A stretch of DNA of 64,000 nucleotides from Octopus sinensis (lineage: Eukaryota): NCBI RefSeq assembly GCF_006345805.1, contig NC_043019.1:29077360-29141359 (forward strand), given 5' to 3'. Positions 25,114 to 38,939 of the stretch are shown in pieces; positions within the stretch are counted from its first letter, which is position 1; each line of letters opens with the position of its first letter. The notes beneath the pieces were generated by a model. It saw only the letters and a list, made by a program, of their open reading frames with translations. It had not been told where the DNA came from and searched no databases. Both the position numbers and the translations under genes were made by a program.

Positions 25114-26194
25114 ATGTATATGAAAGGATTTCTTCAAATTAAAAATTATTTAAGAGTTTCTTTAAAAACAGGTTATGGGCAGACCTGACAAAAGATATGA
25201 TAAATTGTCTTCAAAACATCCAACAGGTCCAGTTTAGGCTGTTTTTAAAAGATTTTGTTTTAGATAATTTATAATTGATGAAGATATCCTTTTCAAATAT
25301 TGTGACTGTATGAAGAATGTTCTCTTAAATTTAAAAATTAAATTTTGAATATTGTGAACACAGGAGTGGCTGTGTGGTAAGTAGCTTACTTACCAACCAC
25401 ATGGTTCCAGATTCAGTCCCACTGCATGGCACCTTGGGCAAGTGTCTCCTGCTATAGCCTCAGGCCGACCAAAGCCTTGTGGTTGGTAAGCAAGCTACTT
25501 ACTACAAAGCCACTCCTGCGCCTATGTAGAAGTTACTCATAATGCAAACTGGGATTGAACATGGAAACCTTTTGCCGCAAAGCAAACTTAACCACACAGC
25601 CATCATGTATTTTCTTATTTAACCTTGTTTTGTCTTGTTTAATCAAGTGATTAATATCAAATATATAAACAAGAGGAAGCACAGAATTACTTTTGCTTTT
25701 TCCTAATTGATTCCAAAAATGCATTAAAATCAGAACAAAAGAGGAAAAAAAAATCCAAAAACCCCTCCAAAAAATTCCATAGATTGAAATAGTAAATGTA
25801 AAGTCATCAGAACAGCTTCATGAATGTCCAAATCCACCTTGACCTAGAAATCAAATCAAATATTAAAACCTATCTACTCAACTATATTACATCCTTAAAA
25901 TTGCATTTTATGAAATGTTGTTGTTGTTGTTGTTGTTGCAGTTGGCAAAAATTATTTCTATTTTCTTTGAATCTAGCACACTATAGCAAACATTTTCTAA
26001 CCTTTAAAGATAGCACTACAATTTTGTTCCACGGAAAATGAAATGGCATACTATAAATAGAAATTTGGTTTCAGTATTTTTTTCCAATGAAATATAGGCA
26101 TTAAATAGAATATACTGTGTATTTTATCAGACATGCATGTGAGGCTGTATATGTATGCATGGTCAAAATACATAATCAATATTCAATTTTAATC

Positions 26195-26620
26195 TGTGCC
26201 AGGTGTGGCTGCAAGGTTTACAACCTTGCTTCCCAGCCATGTGGTCTTGGGTCCAGCCCCACTGTGTGGCACCTTAGGCAAATGTATTTTAGTATAGCCG
26301 CGGTCTGACCAAAGCCATATTAGTGGATTTGAAAGACAGAAACTGAAAGAAATCTGTTGTGTGTATGTGTGTATGCCTCTGTGTCTGTCTGTCTGTCTAT
26401 CTATGTGTAAGTCTCTGTATTATGTTTGTTGTCCATCACTTTCTTGACAACTAGTGTTAATTTGGTTACATCCCCGTAACTTAACAGTTCAGCAAAAGAG
26501 ACTGACAGAATAAGTACCAGGCTTAAAACGTAAGTGGTGAGGTCAGTTCGTTTGAGCAATCCCTTCAATGTGGTGCCCCAGCATTACCACAGCCCAACAA
26601 GTGAAACAAATAAATGATAA
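26195..26620 (+). mobile_element. Family A SINE, diverged
   Basis: Head, core and tail motifs present. Confidence 0.75.
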
Positions 26621-27226
26621 AAAAAATAAATGCGCAAACAACAAAGAAAAATAATGTGGTGATAAAATATTCTGGTCTTGGGCAATTTTGTCACAAATGT
26701 ATAATTTTGCAACATGTTTGTCTAATTTTGCAACACATGTTGGAAAGTGCAGGACTATAACATACACTATAGCACTGATCTAACGAAGAAGCCTTGGCAA
26801 AGTTTGATCAACTAGAAATAGCCAATGAAACTCCTTCAAATAATTCTTTCCAATTTTGGAGCAAGGCTAGCAATTTTAAGAGGAGAAAGCATGTTGATTA
26901 CATTAACAGGAATACTTGACTGGTACTTACTTTATTGACCTCAAAAGAATGAAAGGCAAAACTGACCTAAGTGCTTGATGCACTGAAGCATACAGCCAGA
27001 AAAAATGCCACTCAACATTTTGTCCATACTAATGATTTTGTCAGATAGCCGCCTTTCAAATCTCTTTCAAATAATGCCCTAGTGTCTTCAATAAGGGAAT
27101 GCTATGTTAGATAATATAGTCCTAGACCTAATCCAATAACGGAGGGATGGTTACAACTAGAACGTTTTTGATTCTACATCCTATCGATCAGGAAAGGCTT
27201 GGGGCTAAACAACTACAGCTATGATA

Positions 27227-27489
27227 AATAAATAAAATAAATGCGCCCTTTTAAAGCCTATCCAGGTTCATGGGCCTGGTTTCCTGGTTTCAATGGCGTA
27301 TGTGTTCCCCAGCTGGACGAGACACCAGTTCATCGCAGCGTTACTCATTTTTGCCAGCTGAGTGGACTGGAGCAACGTGAAATGAAGTGTTTTGCTCAAG
27401 AACACAATGCATCGCCCGGTCCAGGAATCAAAACCACAATCTTATGATCAAGATGCTGATACCCTAACCACTAAGCCACGCGCCTCCAC
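27227..27489 (-). mobile_element. Family C tRNA-derived SINE, full length with 12-bp TSD
   Basis: TSD ACAGCTATGATA at 27215-27226 and 27490-27501; head GGAGGCGCGTGGCTTAGTGGTTAGG; CORE-like GTGTTCTTGAGCAAAACACTT. Confidence 0.9.
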
Positions 27490-29169
27490 ACAGCTATGAT
27501 ATCATAGCACATTTCCAGAGTTGAAGATTTTCTCTTCTAAATTTGATCCCTGAATAATGTATTGCTGAAATTTAGTAAACTTTGTATTAATAACGTGTTA
27601 TACATCTATGAAAAATAGACAAAGACAAGAGTGAATGAAAGAGCCACTACAAGGCCAGCTGAATTGCAAGAAACAGCAGCAAAATCTCCAGGTAGCATGG
27701 CCATGAATGGTGTGCTTTTGATTATAGGTCTGCTTGATCACAGCCCATCTAGGTGCTAAACAATGACAACAAGGAGGCAATGAGAAAATTTCTATATGGC
27801 TCACTGTACTCAAAAGTGCAACCAATTTCTTCTCAAATCACACCCTCTCTCTCTCTCTCTCACACACACACACGTATATCCATCTATGTACCATACTTAA
27901 TGCATATACAGTACTGAAAGACATGATGTTGTGGTTTTAGACTGAGAGGAAAATTTCTTCATAGACATAGTTTAAAAAGAAAAAAATTGTAAATTAAGTA
28001 GTGTAGTCTAAAAACAAAACAGAAAAACAAACAAAAACAAAAAAAGATAATGCTTTACCCCAGTTTCTGAGGTGTATATATTTTCTACTGGATGAGAGTG
28101 CTGGTCTGTCATGGGATTATTAATCTTTGCCAGCTGAGTGGACTGGAGTAATGTGAAACGAAGTGTTTTGCTCAAGAATGCAACACATCACCCGGTCCGG
28201 GAATCGAAACCATAATCTTACGATGATGATTCCAACCCCCTAACCACCGAGCTACATGACTCCACTACTAGTGTAGTCCAGACCAGAGTAAATTAGGCTG
28301 TAACAAAACAGTGTAGTCTGTGTAGCATCTAAATGTTTGAATAATAATACAAAACATGAAATTTCTTTCTTTTCCAATTTCCTTGCAAGAGAATTATAAG
28401 GATAAGTGAAGGAGACACTATTCAATAACCTCAGGAATAATGCAAACACACACACACAGATACACATATACAAATACACATGCACACACAGATACACACA
28501 CTCAAATACACATGTACATACGTACACATAAAAGAATGAAAAACAACTTTAAAAAAAAAAAAAATGTCTTTCTTTCTTTCTTATTTGTTGCCATGTTTGA
28601 TACTAATTCTTTTGAGCTGTACTGTCATCCTGATATTTCACTGTCAACAACATCTTTCTTTAAATTTGCAGGTCCATGAGAATTAGTTTCATTTACCAAA
28701 CAGCACAATACTTAATTCTCAAAACACTGACACATGCCAGGCGAAGATCAAGGTTGTGAAAACTCCTGCCGGCGCTGCTGCTGCCGCTACTGCCACCACC
28801 ACAACTACTACCATCACCATCACCATACCACCACTACCACCACTACCATCACCATCACCATCACCACCAAGCCAACAAACCACCTTGTAATTTGAGAGGA
28901 ACTTCTTCACGGAGAAGACAGATCTGTCAGAGCAAATTTTGAAAACTCACAAAATCCAGCAGGTTAATGTGTGTGGAGGATGAAGGGGGGGGGTTCGAGG
29001 TGGAGGAGTGTCCCATGATAAAAGAAGACGACAACAACAACAACAACGAAAAATTTCAACTTGAAGAAACAGCCGAGAAATACACATGGAAAAAGAAATA
29101 TTCAGTAACAGTTACTTGATTTTGGTTTTAGATTCATTCATTTTCAATTGTGGTGGGCATGCTAGGATT

Positions 29170-29605
29170 TCGTCTTCAAGAGTATTTTGTTTTCTAAGTC
29201 AATTCTGTTTTGGTGGTATTTCGTTCATCTTCATGTTTTGAGATAACTTTGCCTTTCATCCTTTTGGGGGCCGATAAATTAGGTACCAGTGAAATTCTGG
29301 GGGTTGATGTAATCAACTAGTCCCCTCCCGCCAAATTTCAGGCCTTGTATTTTTAGTAAAAGAAGATGATTATTATTATCATCATCATCAAAGTGGTGAG
29401 CTGGCAGAATCGTTAGATGCCAGGCAAAATGCTTAACGGCATTTTGTCCATCTTCATGTTCTGAGTTCAAATTCTGCCGAAGTTGACTTTGTCTTTTATC
29501 CTATTGGGGGTTGATAAAATAAGTACCAGCAGAGCACTAGGGTCGATGTAATTGAATTAGTCCCTCCCCCAAAATGGCTGGCCTTATGCCACAATTTGAA
29601 ATTAT
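29170..29605 (+). mobile_element. Two tandem family B SINEs
   Basis: Two TTTG(C/T)CTTT(C/T)ATCC..TTGGGGG..GATAAA cores. Confidence 0.75.
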
Positions 29606-29655
29606 TATTATTATTATTAATAATAATAATTATTATTATTGTTATTATCATTATT

Positions 29656-29926
29656 GCGGAGGCGCAATGGCCCAATGGTTAGGGCAGCGGACTCGTGGTT
29701 GTAGGATCACAGTTTCAATTCCCAGACCAGGCGTTGTGAGTGTTTATTGAGCGAAAACACCTAAAGCTCGACGCGGCCCGACAGAGGGTGGTGGCGATCC
29801 CTGCTGTACTCTTTCGCCACAACTTTCTCTCACTCTTTCTTCTGTTGGCCTGCTCACTTAACCAGCGGGTTGGCGTCATTTGAAGGCTAAAACAATGCGA
29901 AGTGCATTGTGACCAGCGATGTGTAG
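29656..29926 (+). mobile_element. Distinct tRNA(Arg)-like-headed SINE
   Basis: GGAGGCGCAATGGCCCAATGGTTAGGGCAGCGGACTCG...GTTTCAATTCCC with A/B-box-like motifs, followed by a non-tRNA body. Confidence 0.7.
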
Positions 29927-30251
29927 GGTAAGAGTCTTATACCATAACCAAGGTTGACCAAAGCCTTAGTGAGTGGATGTTGTTGATGGTAACTGAAATG
30001 AATGTCGTTCATTTCCAATATTTTAGAAAAACATGTCTGGCCATGGGGAAATATTACCTCCTTGCTTAGAAACAGGTGACAGTTGGCAACAGGAAGGGCA
30101 TCCAGCTATAGAAAATCTGCCTCAATAAACTTTGTTTGACCCATGAGCACACAGAAAAGTGGATGTTAAAATGATAATGATAACGATGGTAGTCATTCAT
30201 CTAAGAATTCTTAAGAAAATCATGTGCTCATATACTAGTCAATAGTGGGTG

Positions 30252-30510
30252 TCATCATCATCGTTTAACGTCCGTTTTCCATGCTAGCATGGGTTGGATG
30301 GTTCAACTGGGGTCTGGGAAGCAAGAAGGCTGCGCCAGGCCCAGTTTGATCTGGCAGTGTTTATACAGCTGGATGCCCTTCCTAACACCAACCACTCCAT
30401 GAGTGTAGTGGGTGCTTTTTACGTGGCAACGGCCACAATTGGATGGTGCTTTTTACGTGCCACCGGCACGGAGGCCAGTCGGGGTGGCACTGGCAACGGC
30501 CACCAACGGT
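30252..30510 (-). mobile_element. Family D element (tail-to-tail with a D variant at ~30000-30190)
   Basis: CATCATCATCGTTTAACGTCCGTTTTCCATGCTAGCATGGGTTGG. Confidence 0.85.
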
Positions 30511-31436
30511 GTATTAATATTTAATAATACAGCAGTATAGATACAGTTGCTATTTCTAGCAAATCAAGGGGTCATGTAGAGGTTGCCCTGCTGACTTCAT
30601 TTTGTGGAGTGCCATTATTATTCTCATAAGAGATAAATGATATAACACTGTAATGAGATACTTTGTAGGACAGCCATACAGCCATATAGGTATGTCTGCT
30701 ATTATTATTATTATTATTATGCAGTCTGATTTTTATTGCATGCCTCCATTGCACTACTGAGGACAACTCTGTGCACCTTGGGTATGTACACACACACACA
30801 CATACACACAGAGAAAGAGTGAGAAAGAACAAATTCTAGTTGTTGTTGTTGTTATTGTTATTATTATTAATACACACATCTAAGAATAGTGGAACAATAG
30901 GCATGGTAAACTGCCAGATTAAATGCCTTACAGAATTTTGGTCTTATCCCTTTACATTGCCTCCTCAACAACTCTGTGGCCAAATGCCAATGTTAGATAT
31001 CGGTATTATACACATGTATTATATTCTGATTATATGTAGAGTATTAATTTCTAACGCTGGCACCAAATGACAAATTTGTACGGAAATAGTGGGAGGAAGA
31101 GGTGGGGAGGGTGAGAGAAGAGTGATTTGACCTCAGTTTTCTCTTGTACTAACTGATTTGACTTTCATACATGTCTGCTTTTGATTTTTCATCAGTGTGG
31201 AAGAGATGAATGATAAAGATGGCTCTTATGAGGTGCAGAGAGATGGAGAAGGTGGGGGGGGAGAAAGATGGAGAGAGAGGGGAAGTGAGAGATAAAGACA
31301 AAGAATGGGAAACAGAGACAGAGAGATAATACATGCGTTTTTTGTTTCACTGACAATTTTTTTTCTTCTTCTCTCCTTATCTATCTTGACAAAGGACAAA
31401 TTGCCCAAAAGATCAATATTTTTCCTTCACAACATA

Positions 31437-31634
31437 CCGTACTTTTCAGCATACAAGTCAAATTTTTCTGACCAAAAATTTACAGCCAAAAAAAGGCAGG
31501 TCAACTTATATGTCAAGACAACTCTAGAGAGCCAAAAATTAAACGTGAAATGCAGCAGGAATTGCAAAGATAGTGAAGATGTTTGAATGTTTACACTATA
31601 TATCCTACGTCAACTTATATGCCAGAAAATACTG
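31437..31634. mobile_element. Tc1/pogo-like MITE
   Basis: TA-CCGTACTTTTCAGCATACAAGTC...ACTTATATGCCAGAAAATACTG-TA imperfect TIRs with TA TSD. Confidence 0.7.
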
Positions 31635-32729
31635 TAATAGATTGATTTTGTTACTTTTTTGTTCTTTTCCCCTTGTCTTGTCTTTGCTCCTAATTCATCC
31701 TCCTGATTGACATATTAACAAAGACCTAATTTTGGATTCCTCAGAGACTGGATGCTTTATGAATACAAGGTGCAGGCGTGGCTGTGTGATTATCAAGTTT
31801 GCTTCCCAACCACATAGTTCCAGGCTCAGTCCCACTGCATGGCACCTTGGGCGAGTGTCTCCTACCATAGCTCTGAGCTGGCCAAAGATGAATTAATTTG
31901 GTAGATGGAAACAAAAAGAACCATGCATGCATTCATTTATAACAACACAAGGAAACTCACACACACACACACACACACATACACACACTTACATGCATGC
32001 ATGTGCTAATGAATGTCAGTCATTTCCAATATTCTGCGCATATTCTGGCCATGGGGAAATATTGCTTTGTTCGGAAACAGGTGAAGGTTGGTGACAGGTA
32101 AGGCACCAAGCTGTAGAATATCTGCCTCAATAAACTCCATCCAACCCATGAAGGCATAGAAAAGTACACATTAAGTGATGATGATGATGGCTGAAAAATA
32201 TTCAGTCATACACAACTGGTTTTGCTATTTCACCAACCATTTTGGAATATAAACATTCAGCTAGAAATAGCAGTGGAGTCTACCTCAAAACCATATGCAT
32301 GCTATATTAAAAATTTGAAGAAGTGTATATCTGAGATAATTTAATCATAGATACCATTATGTTTTTAAAACTGGTTGATTAAAACTTGAACACTTTATTC
32401 ATAAGTCTAGTCAGATAAGAATGACTAAACAAAAACATCAATCATAGAAATATCAAGAGATGGCTGTGTTGTTATCATAATTAATAACAGAAATCATCAC
32501 TATTATCATCATCATCATCATTATTATTGTTGTTATTGGTAAGTAAAATTTCTTGCTCTTTGTTAATTAATATTGGGCAAAATTAACTCCAATTTTTGAA
32601 AATCAAATGAAAGTAAAAATGTAGTTCTTTGAAATTTTATGAAACAAATTAAGTAATTCAGGCTTCAGTATTGACTACACAAAAAGCAACAGACATAATG
32701 GTTTTAAATCTACAACAATGGTATCACTT

Positions 32730-32801
<72 letters not shown>

Positions 32802-32864
32802 CTTGAGGAGACCTATTGAGTCAAGTACATCAACATCAAAATAAAAATTCAAATGGAAATTGTA

Positions 32865-33220
32865 GTTAAAAAAGCACCGTCCAAACATGGCAGATGCTAG
32901 CGCCGCCTGACTGGTGTCTATGTTGGTGACACGTAAAAGCACCAACCAATCATGGCTGTTTGCCAGCCTGCTCTGGCCCCTGTGCCGGTTGGCGTTAGGA
33001 AGGGCATCCAGGTGTAGAAACACTGCCAAATCAGACTAGAGCCTGGTGCAGCCTGGCTTCCAGACCCTGGTCGAACCGTCCAACCCGCGCTAGCATGGAA
33101 AACGGACGTTAAATGATGATGATGATCATCATCATCATTTAATATCCATTTTCCATGGTGGCATGGGTTGGACGGTTTGACTGAAAACTGGTAAACTGGG
33201 GAGCTGCACCAGGTTCCAAT
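32865..33220. mobile_element. Two family D elements joined tail-to-tail
   Basis: ...GGACGTTAAATGATGATGATGATCATCATCATCATTTAATATCC... Confidence 0.85.
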
Positions 33221-33260
33221 ATGCACATGCATGCATACAAACACACATACTATATGTGTG

Positions 33261-33301
<41 letters not shown>

Positions 33302-35299
33302 GATAGGCTTCTTTCAGTTTCCATCTATGAAATCCACTCATGCAGTGGAACTGAACCCTAGGCCATGTGGTTGGGAAGCAAAACTACCTACCACACAACC
33401 ATTGTTGTACAGTGTATATGTGTGTGTGTGTGCATGTGTGTTGCTTTTGTTTCACCCCAGGTGAGCTCAGAATAGGCAGGCATATGATCAAAGGCATTCT
33501 AGCCATGACCATTTTTATCTATATTTCAGGCAATGTAACTAGTGTAGTGATAGTGAGCCTTTTGGGTCCGGTGTAGGAAAATTTCAATTTCTCTAATAAT
33601 CCTATGACTTGAAGTGTCACTTCCATGTGAGCAAACAGTAACAATGGCAGAGTTGTTAAGGTATCAGATAGCCTTACCACTCTCAGTATTCTGAGCTCAA
33701 ATCTTTCTGAGGATCCCTCAGAAAAGGCTCAAAACTTCACATTTATAATAGTGAACTACTTCGTGTTTGGTCATATTTCTCGCAAAATACAAAATTCTAA
33801 ATTTTAATTAATCTAAAATATAACGAAGAATTAAGAGGGATTTAGGAAGATAATTAACTTTTTCATTTCCCAATGTTTCGAAGATAACATTAAGGTTCTT
33901 ACATAAAATTATAATGGAAATGTTTAATTTAAATAAAAGGGATGGGTTCTTTATCATAAAACCAGAAGAAGGAAGTCTCAAGTGGGTTGGGGTCAAAAGG
34001 GTTAATAGAAATGCTTCTTTCATTGACACATTAACAGTTTGATTCTACTCAATAGTGAAAGCATTAAATTACGTTCATACATACATTCTAACCTTGCACT
34101 CATTCATACTCACACAATCTTGTAACTTACATTCTGACTTTTTTTTTTTTTTGCTTTTTGTTTCTCTTTTGTCTTGTCTGAAATCTGAAGATTATAAGAT
34201 TTGCAGGAATAAATTATCTGCATATATATCTATCATTCGAAAAGCTTTCTGAAGACTTAGGTAATGTGAAACCAAAATGGTTATAAGGTTAAATCTTCAT
34301 TTTAGAAATTGAAATCAGACATGTATAAAGTAAAAGTGTTTGAGTTAAGCTGAGATGTCATCCTCAATGCATACATAAATAGCTGCAGGGAAGTAATCAC
34401 AAAATGCATTGCTAGCAAACGCTGCACTATTGAATGCACAGTAACACCGCTGCCAGATAGTCTACAGAACTGTCTTTTAAATTGTGACTTAATTGAAGAC
34501 ATATAGGTTTTTACCAGAAGAATTTTAATCCAATTCATTCATTCTTCTCTCCATCCCAGCCTCGCATACATTTTTCCCTGTATTATAATTAAATTACAGT
34601 TATAATCCTTGCAAAATTACATGATTTATTAAAAGATAGTTTTAATGCTTCAGAAATTTATATTACACAAAGTGATGAAAGCAAATGAAAGCAAATAGTA
34701 ACATTTCTATACTTGAGAAATTGTCATACAAATTGAAACACAAAGTTTAGAATGAATGATAAATAGCAGATGTGAATATAAGGTTTAATTGATTTCTATT
34801 CAAGAAAATATATTTTAGAAGAGGTAGAAAAAAAAAAAAAAGAAATGAAGTATTCTTAATCAATCAAATAAGTTCTTTGTACAGAAAGAACCATAATTGA
34901 ATCTTTTTTTGAAGACAGAACTTTTTTTTGTTTTTTATTATCACCAAAATCCACTGAGTTGATATCACTGAGCTAAGGAGAGAGAATACTCAGTCCACAT
35001 GAGTAGTCACTACATTTTCCACATATTGCACCCTGTCATCGTAATGCCTTTGATGCTAACTCATAGGAGACAGCTTCTGGTTCTATGATACAAAACTGTT
35101 CAGTTTAAAATGTTTGTAATTAAATTTAAAAGACTACCACATGATTTTGTATAAGAACTGTTTCTTGAATTATATTCCAAACATCAGCATTTAGAACAGA
35201 GAAGGCAACAAACTGGTAATGGGTAGTTAATAGTCAGAGCACTAGTAAAATGACTTCTTTTCAATGCCTGGATAGTTCCATAGAAGTTTTTGGTAGTTC

Positions 35300-35830
35300 C
35301 TTTTACTATGGGAACCTTTTAATTTGTGGAAGTGTGTGCTAATCATGGAAGAGGGTGCTTTGAAAGCATAGTAGCCAGAACAGCGAGGAATAAAACTTCA
35401 GAGAGCTAATGCCTCTGTTGGCAACAAGGGAATTCTGTCATTAAGTGAAGAGCAAGTTGTACATAGCTTGTGGATGAAGTGCAGCGCTGCATCACACCGA
35501 GATGCAGTGTGGTAGAAATGAACTGAGAGAAAAACCGAGTTTAAGGGGAATTAAATGTTGTGTGTAAGAGAAATGGCTGTATTGGTAGGAGCATGTAATG
35601 CATACAGATGATAAAAGATGCGTAAAAAATGTGCAAGGAGATCCAAGAGGAAGGAAACCATTGAAAAGGAAGAACGAGGAAAATATAGGTAGAAATGGTG
35701 AAAATTAATTTCACAATGTTGAACCTTGCAAAGGAGACAACAAAGAAACACAACATACTGTGTTAGAAAGGCTGTGTCTGACTCATGCAAGCATAGGAAG
35801 GACATAAAAATTATGACGATGATGATGATG
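35300..35830 (+). mobile_element. Decayed RTE-clade LINE 3' end
   Basis: Remnant translation RELMPLLATRE..VKSKLYIAC...LYW*EHVMHTDDKRCVK...KGRTRKI; (GAT)n tail. Confidence 0.7.
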
Positions 35831-36851
35831 TGATGAAAGCATCAAAATGTTAAACGTTTCTTATTCCTCATAGTAAACTAACTCATTCTACTTTTGAACT
35901 GTTAATAAATGTTGTAAAGAATTTTATTCCAAACTCTCATGCCTAATTTAATATCTTGGATTTGTGAATTATCTTGACAAGATACAATATCTTCACTCTA
36001 GTACTAATTTCTATCTTACGGATACTGAATGGAGAACATATCCACCTTCCATGCTAGCATGGACTGTTAAGTCAGACTCAGTTCTTATTTGGAGTTACTC
36101 TTTTCCTAGATATGATGGAAGACCATGTCTTGTTCATACATTCCACTTCTTTTGGTGTGGTTTCTAGAGCTAGATATCATTCCTAACACCAATCAGTTAC
36201 AGAGTGTACTGGGTGCATTTTATTAAGGCACAAACACTAGAGAAGCTGTCCTGTCCTCACCCAGAAAAAAGAGGTTCTCTCAACCCTGTATGATCTCTGC
36301 TCATTTAGCAATCCATTCATAAATAACCTTTCCTCATTTCTAATATAAACAAAAGGCCTGAAATTTTGAGGGAAGGGGCAGTCGATTACATTGACCTAAA
36401 TATTTGACTGGTACTTGTTTTATTGGTCCCAAAAGGATGAAAGCAAAGCAGAATCTGAACTCAGGATATAAAGTTGGAAGAGGCAGCACTTAGCAGTTTG
36501 TTCCATGCACCAATGATTCAGCATGTTCACTGCCTTAAACCAATTTATAAGTAATAAAACAAAACAAGTATCAGTGTGATTTTGATCTCACAATCAAGAA
36601 GGGTAAAAATAAGAAAGTATTTAGTCCCAAACTCTACAGCTTAATTTAACATCATCTCACAGATTAATTACAAATCACTAATTCTAAAACTGATACTTTT
36701 TTAATGACACAAGATGCACACCGCAGGGTGGACAAGAAGGAAGAACAAGCAAGTGAAGTTTGAACTCTGAATATAGATAAAACTACATGTAATTATAAAT
36801 CATTTAATCACAAACCTAGCTGCCTAAATCCAAACTGTGAATCCCAGTTAT

Positions 36852-36897
<46 letters not shown>

Positions 36898-37979
36898 GAA
36901 TGTATTGCAGCCATTGATTTTCTTCTTGTTGGAGAAGAATTTAATGTTGCAACTATGAAAGATAGAATTACATTACAAAATCTGAAATAATATATTATCA
37001 AGTTACCAAAACAATTCCTCTGTATTTATCATAAATATAAGTCTGATAAATTCTATAATATGTATTCTAAACAAATAGTCCTATATGATGAGTTGAGAGA
37101 GAGTCACCTAGCTGCAACCAAGATAAGAACGATATCACATTCAAATATAGTAAATCAAACAAATGAAATAAGATAAACGGTTCCTTGTTACATGGTTTAT
37201 AAAAAAAGACGAAAATGGTGGGTGGGGGGTGCATTCAGGGGAATAATAATAATAACAACAGTTATAAAGATGACTGGTTTTCTGAAATATTACTGGAGTG
37301 GAAAGAATTACAAGAGAAACCTGTGATAATCAGAATTGTGTTCATCTTAACAGATCACAAATAGTTGAATGTATGAAGCTGGAAGGTTGGTAGTTCATCT
37401 CTTATGACTGGCACCATGTTTTAATATGGCTAAGACGCATGTAGCACTTAATGTACATGTGTATGCCTAGCTACCTCTAAACAGGAACCACATGATGGAT
37501 TTTTTTTTGATGTTATATAATCCTAGGTCAATTCTGCTTCAGCAGACAGACAGCTATGGCCAAAGGCATTCCAGTCATGACCATCTCTTATCTTTTAGAG
37601 GGGAGTATCTACAACAATATTATCATTCCTTTATTTAAGATAGTTTGAGATTAAAGAGAGATGAGGTCTCTAAGCCAGCTATTTCCTGCAGGCTGAGAGA
37701 CCACATAGAATCCTTATATCTGCAAGGCAGTATATTAACAAGTGATTAATTAGTTATCTTGCACTACTAGGTTCAATTTTTATTTTTATTCTTTTATATT
37801 TTAGTCAGTGAGGAAAGGCAGGGCCCATGACATTTTTCAGGGTCTCTATAGAAAAAGAAGGAAACACAATTCATTAGACATCCTTAGATCAGAGACCTAC
37901 TCTATCTGAATGCTTGCAACAGAACAGACTCTGTTGAACACACTTGGTGGGTAGGGGCTTATCCCAGGTTACAGATTAA

Positions 37980-38431
37980 CTCTTTAGCACTCAGATTATC
38001 CTATCAAATATAATGTTTACTTATTTACATTATTTTGAATTAATCTAAGGTGGTGAGCTGGCAGAAACATTAGCACGCCGGCCGAAATGTTTAGTGGTAT
38101 TTCCTCTGTCTTTACATTTTGAGTTCAAATTCTGCTGAGGTCAACTTTGCCTTTCATCCTTTCGGGGTCGATAAATTAAGTACCAGTTGCATACTGGGGT
38201 TGATCTAATCGACTGGCCCCCTCCCCAATAGTTGCAGGCCTTGTGCCTAGAGTAGAAAAGATTATTTTGAATTAATCATAAATTATCTTGTAGCTTCAAG
38301 ATTTCAAAGATGTAATTGTTTATTTTTAGAGTAACATTGTCAGGTAGGTGTGAAAGATTGGATCAGACCAGTTTGATCCTAAATCAGGTAGAATATTAAG
38401 GTCAGGTATAACTGATTTAAATGCTAATGGG
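37980..38431. mobile_element. Family F TTAA MITE interrupted by a family B SINE
   Basis: TTAA at 37976 and 38432; TIR CTCTTTAGCA/TGCTAATGGG. Confidence 0.85.
38046..38260 (+). mobile_element. Family B SINE with perfect 17-bp TSD
   Basis: ATTATTTTGAATTAATC at 38029-38045 and 38261-38277. Confidence 0.92.
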
Positions 38432-38680
38432 TTAAGTCTAAACTCAAGTTATCTGGTTCCCTGTTCCGACTGAAATTTGTTTCTCATGTGTTCACCACTG
38501 GCATAGAACTCTCATAGAAAAGGACTGAGATAGTGAACTGTAGGGTCAATGAAACAACATTACTCTTAAGGACCATAGGAAAACAAGCAAATTCCTACTA
38601 TGGCGTCTTATCAATGTATCCTGGTGACAGGGTATTCTATAAGATTTTTTGTTCTTTTGAAAACTACACCTTAGTATTAA

Positions 38681-38939
38681 CCCATTTTGTGACCAAATTT
38701 CCAGTGAACTACTCTAGCAATATATGTTGCAATTAATTTTCAAAATTATCAAGAATTTGCAAAGATTTAATAAAATAACCAACTTTTCCTTTATGAAGAG
38801 GATGTTTGGAACGTAACTTAACAAAAAGATCTTACAAAATTATTATGGAATGCTTTAATTCAGATATGAACACTTTAGAAACAGATGGTTTTATATCACA
38901 GAATTAAAGATGCTCTCAAGTGGGTTAGTATCAAAAGGG
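38681..38939. mobile_element. Second TTAA-type MITE family (related pieces near 33800-34003, 35050-35230, 40980-41170)
   Basis: TTAA-CCCATTTTG...TCAAAAGGG ends. Confidence 0.6.

Noticed and set aside
26051-26060. Second MEF2 consensus CTATAAATAG
   Set aside because: Expected by chance in AT-rich DNA; no supporting context
29656-29735. tRNA-like sequence (also the heads of families A and C)
   Set aside because: No complete cloverleaf; continues into a SINE body
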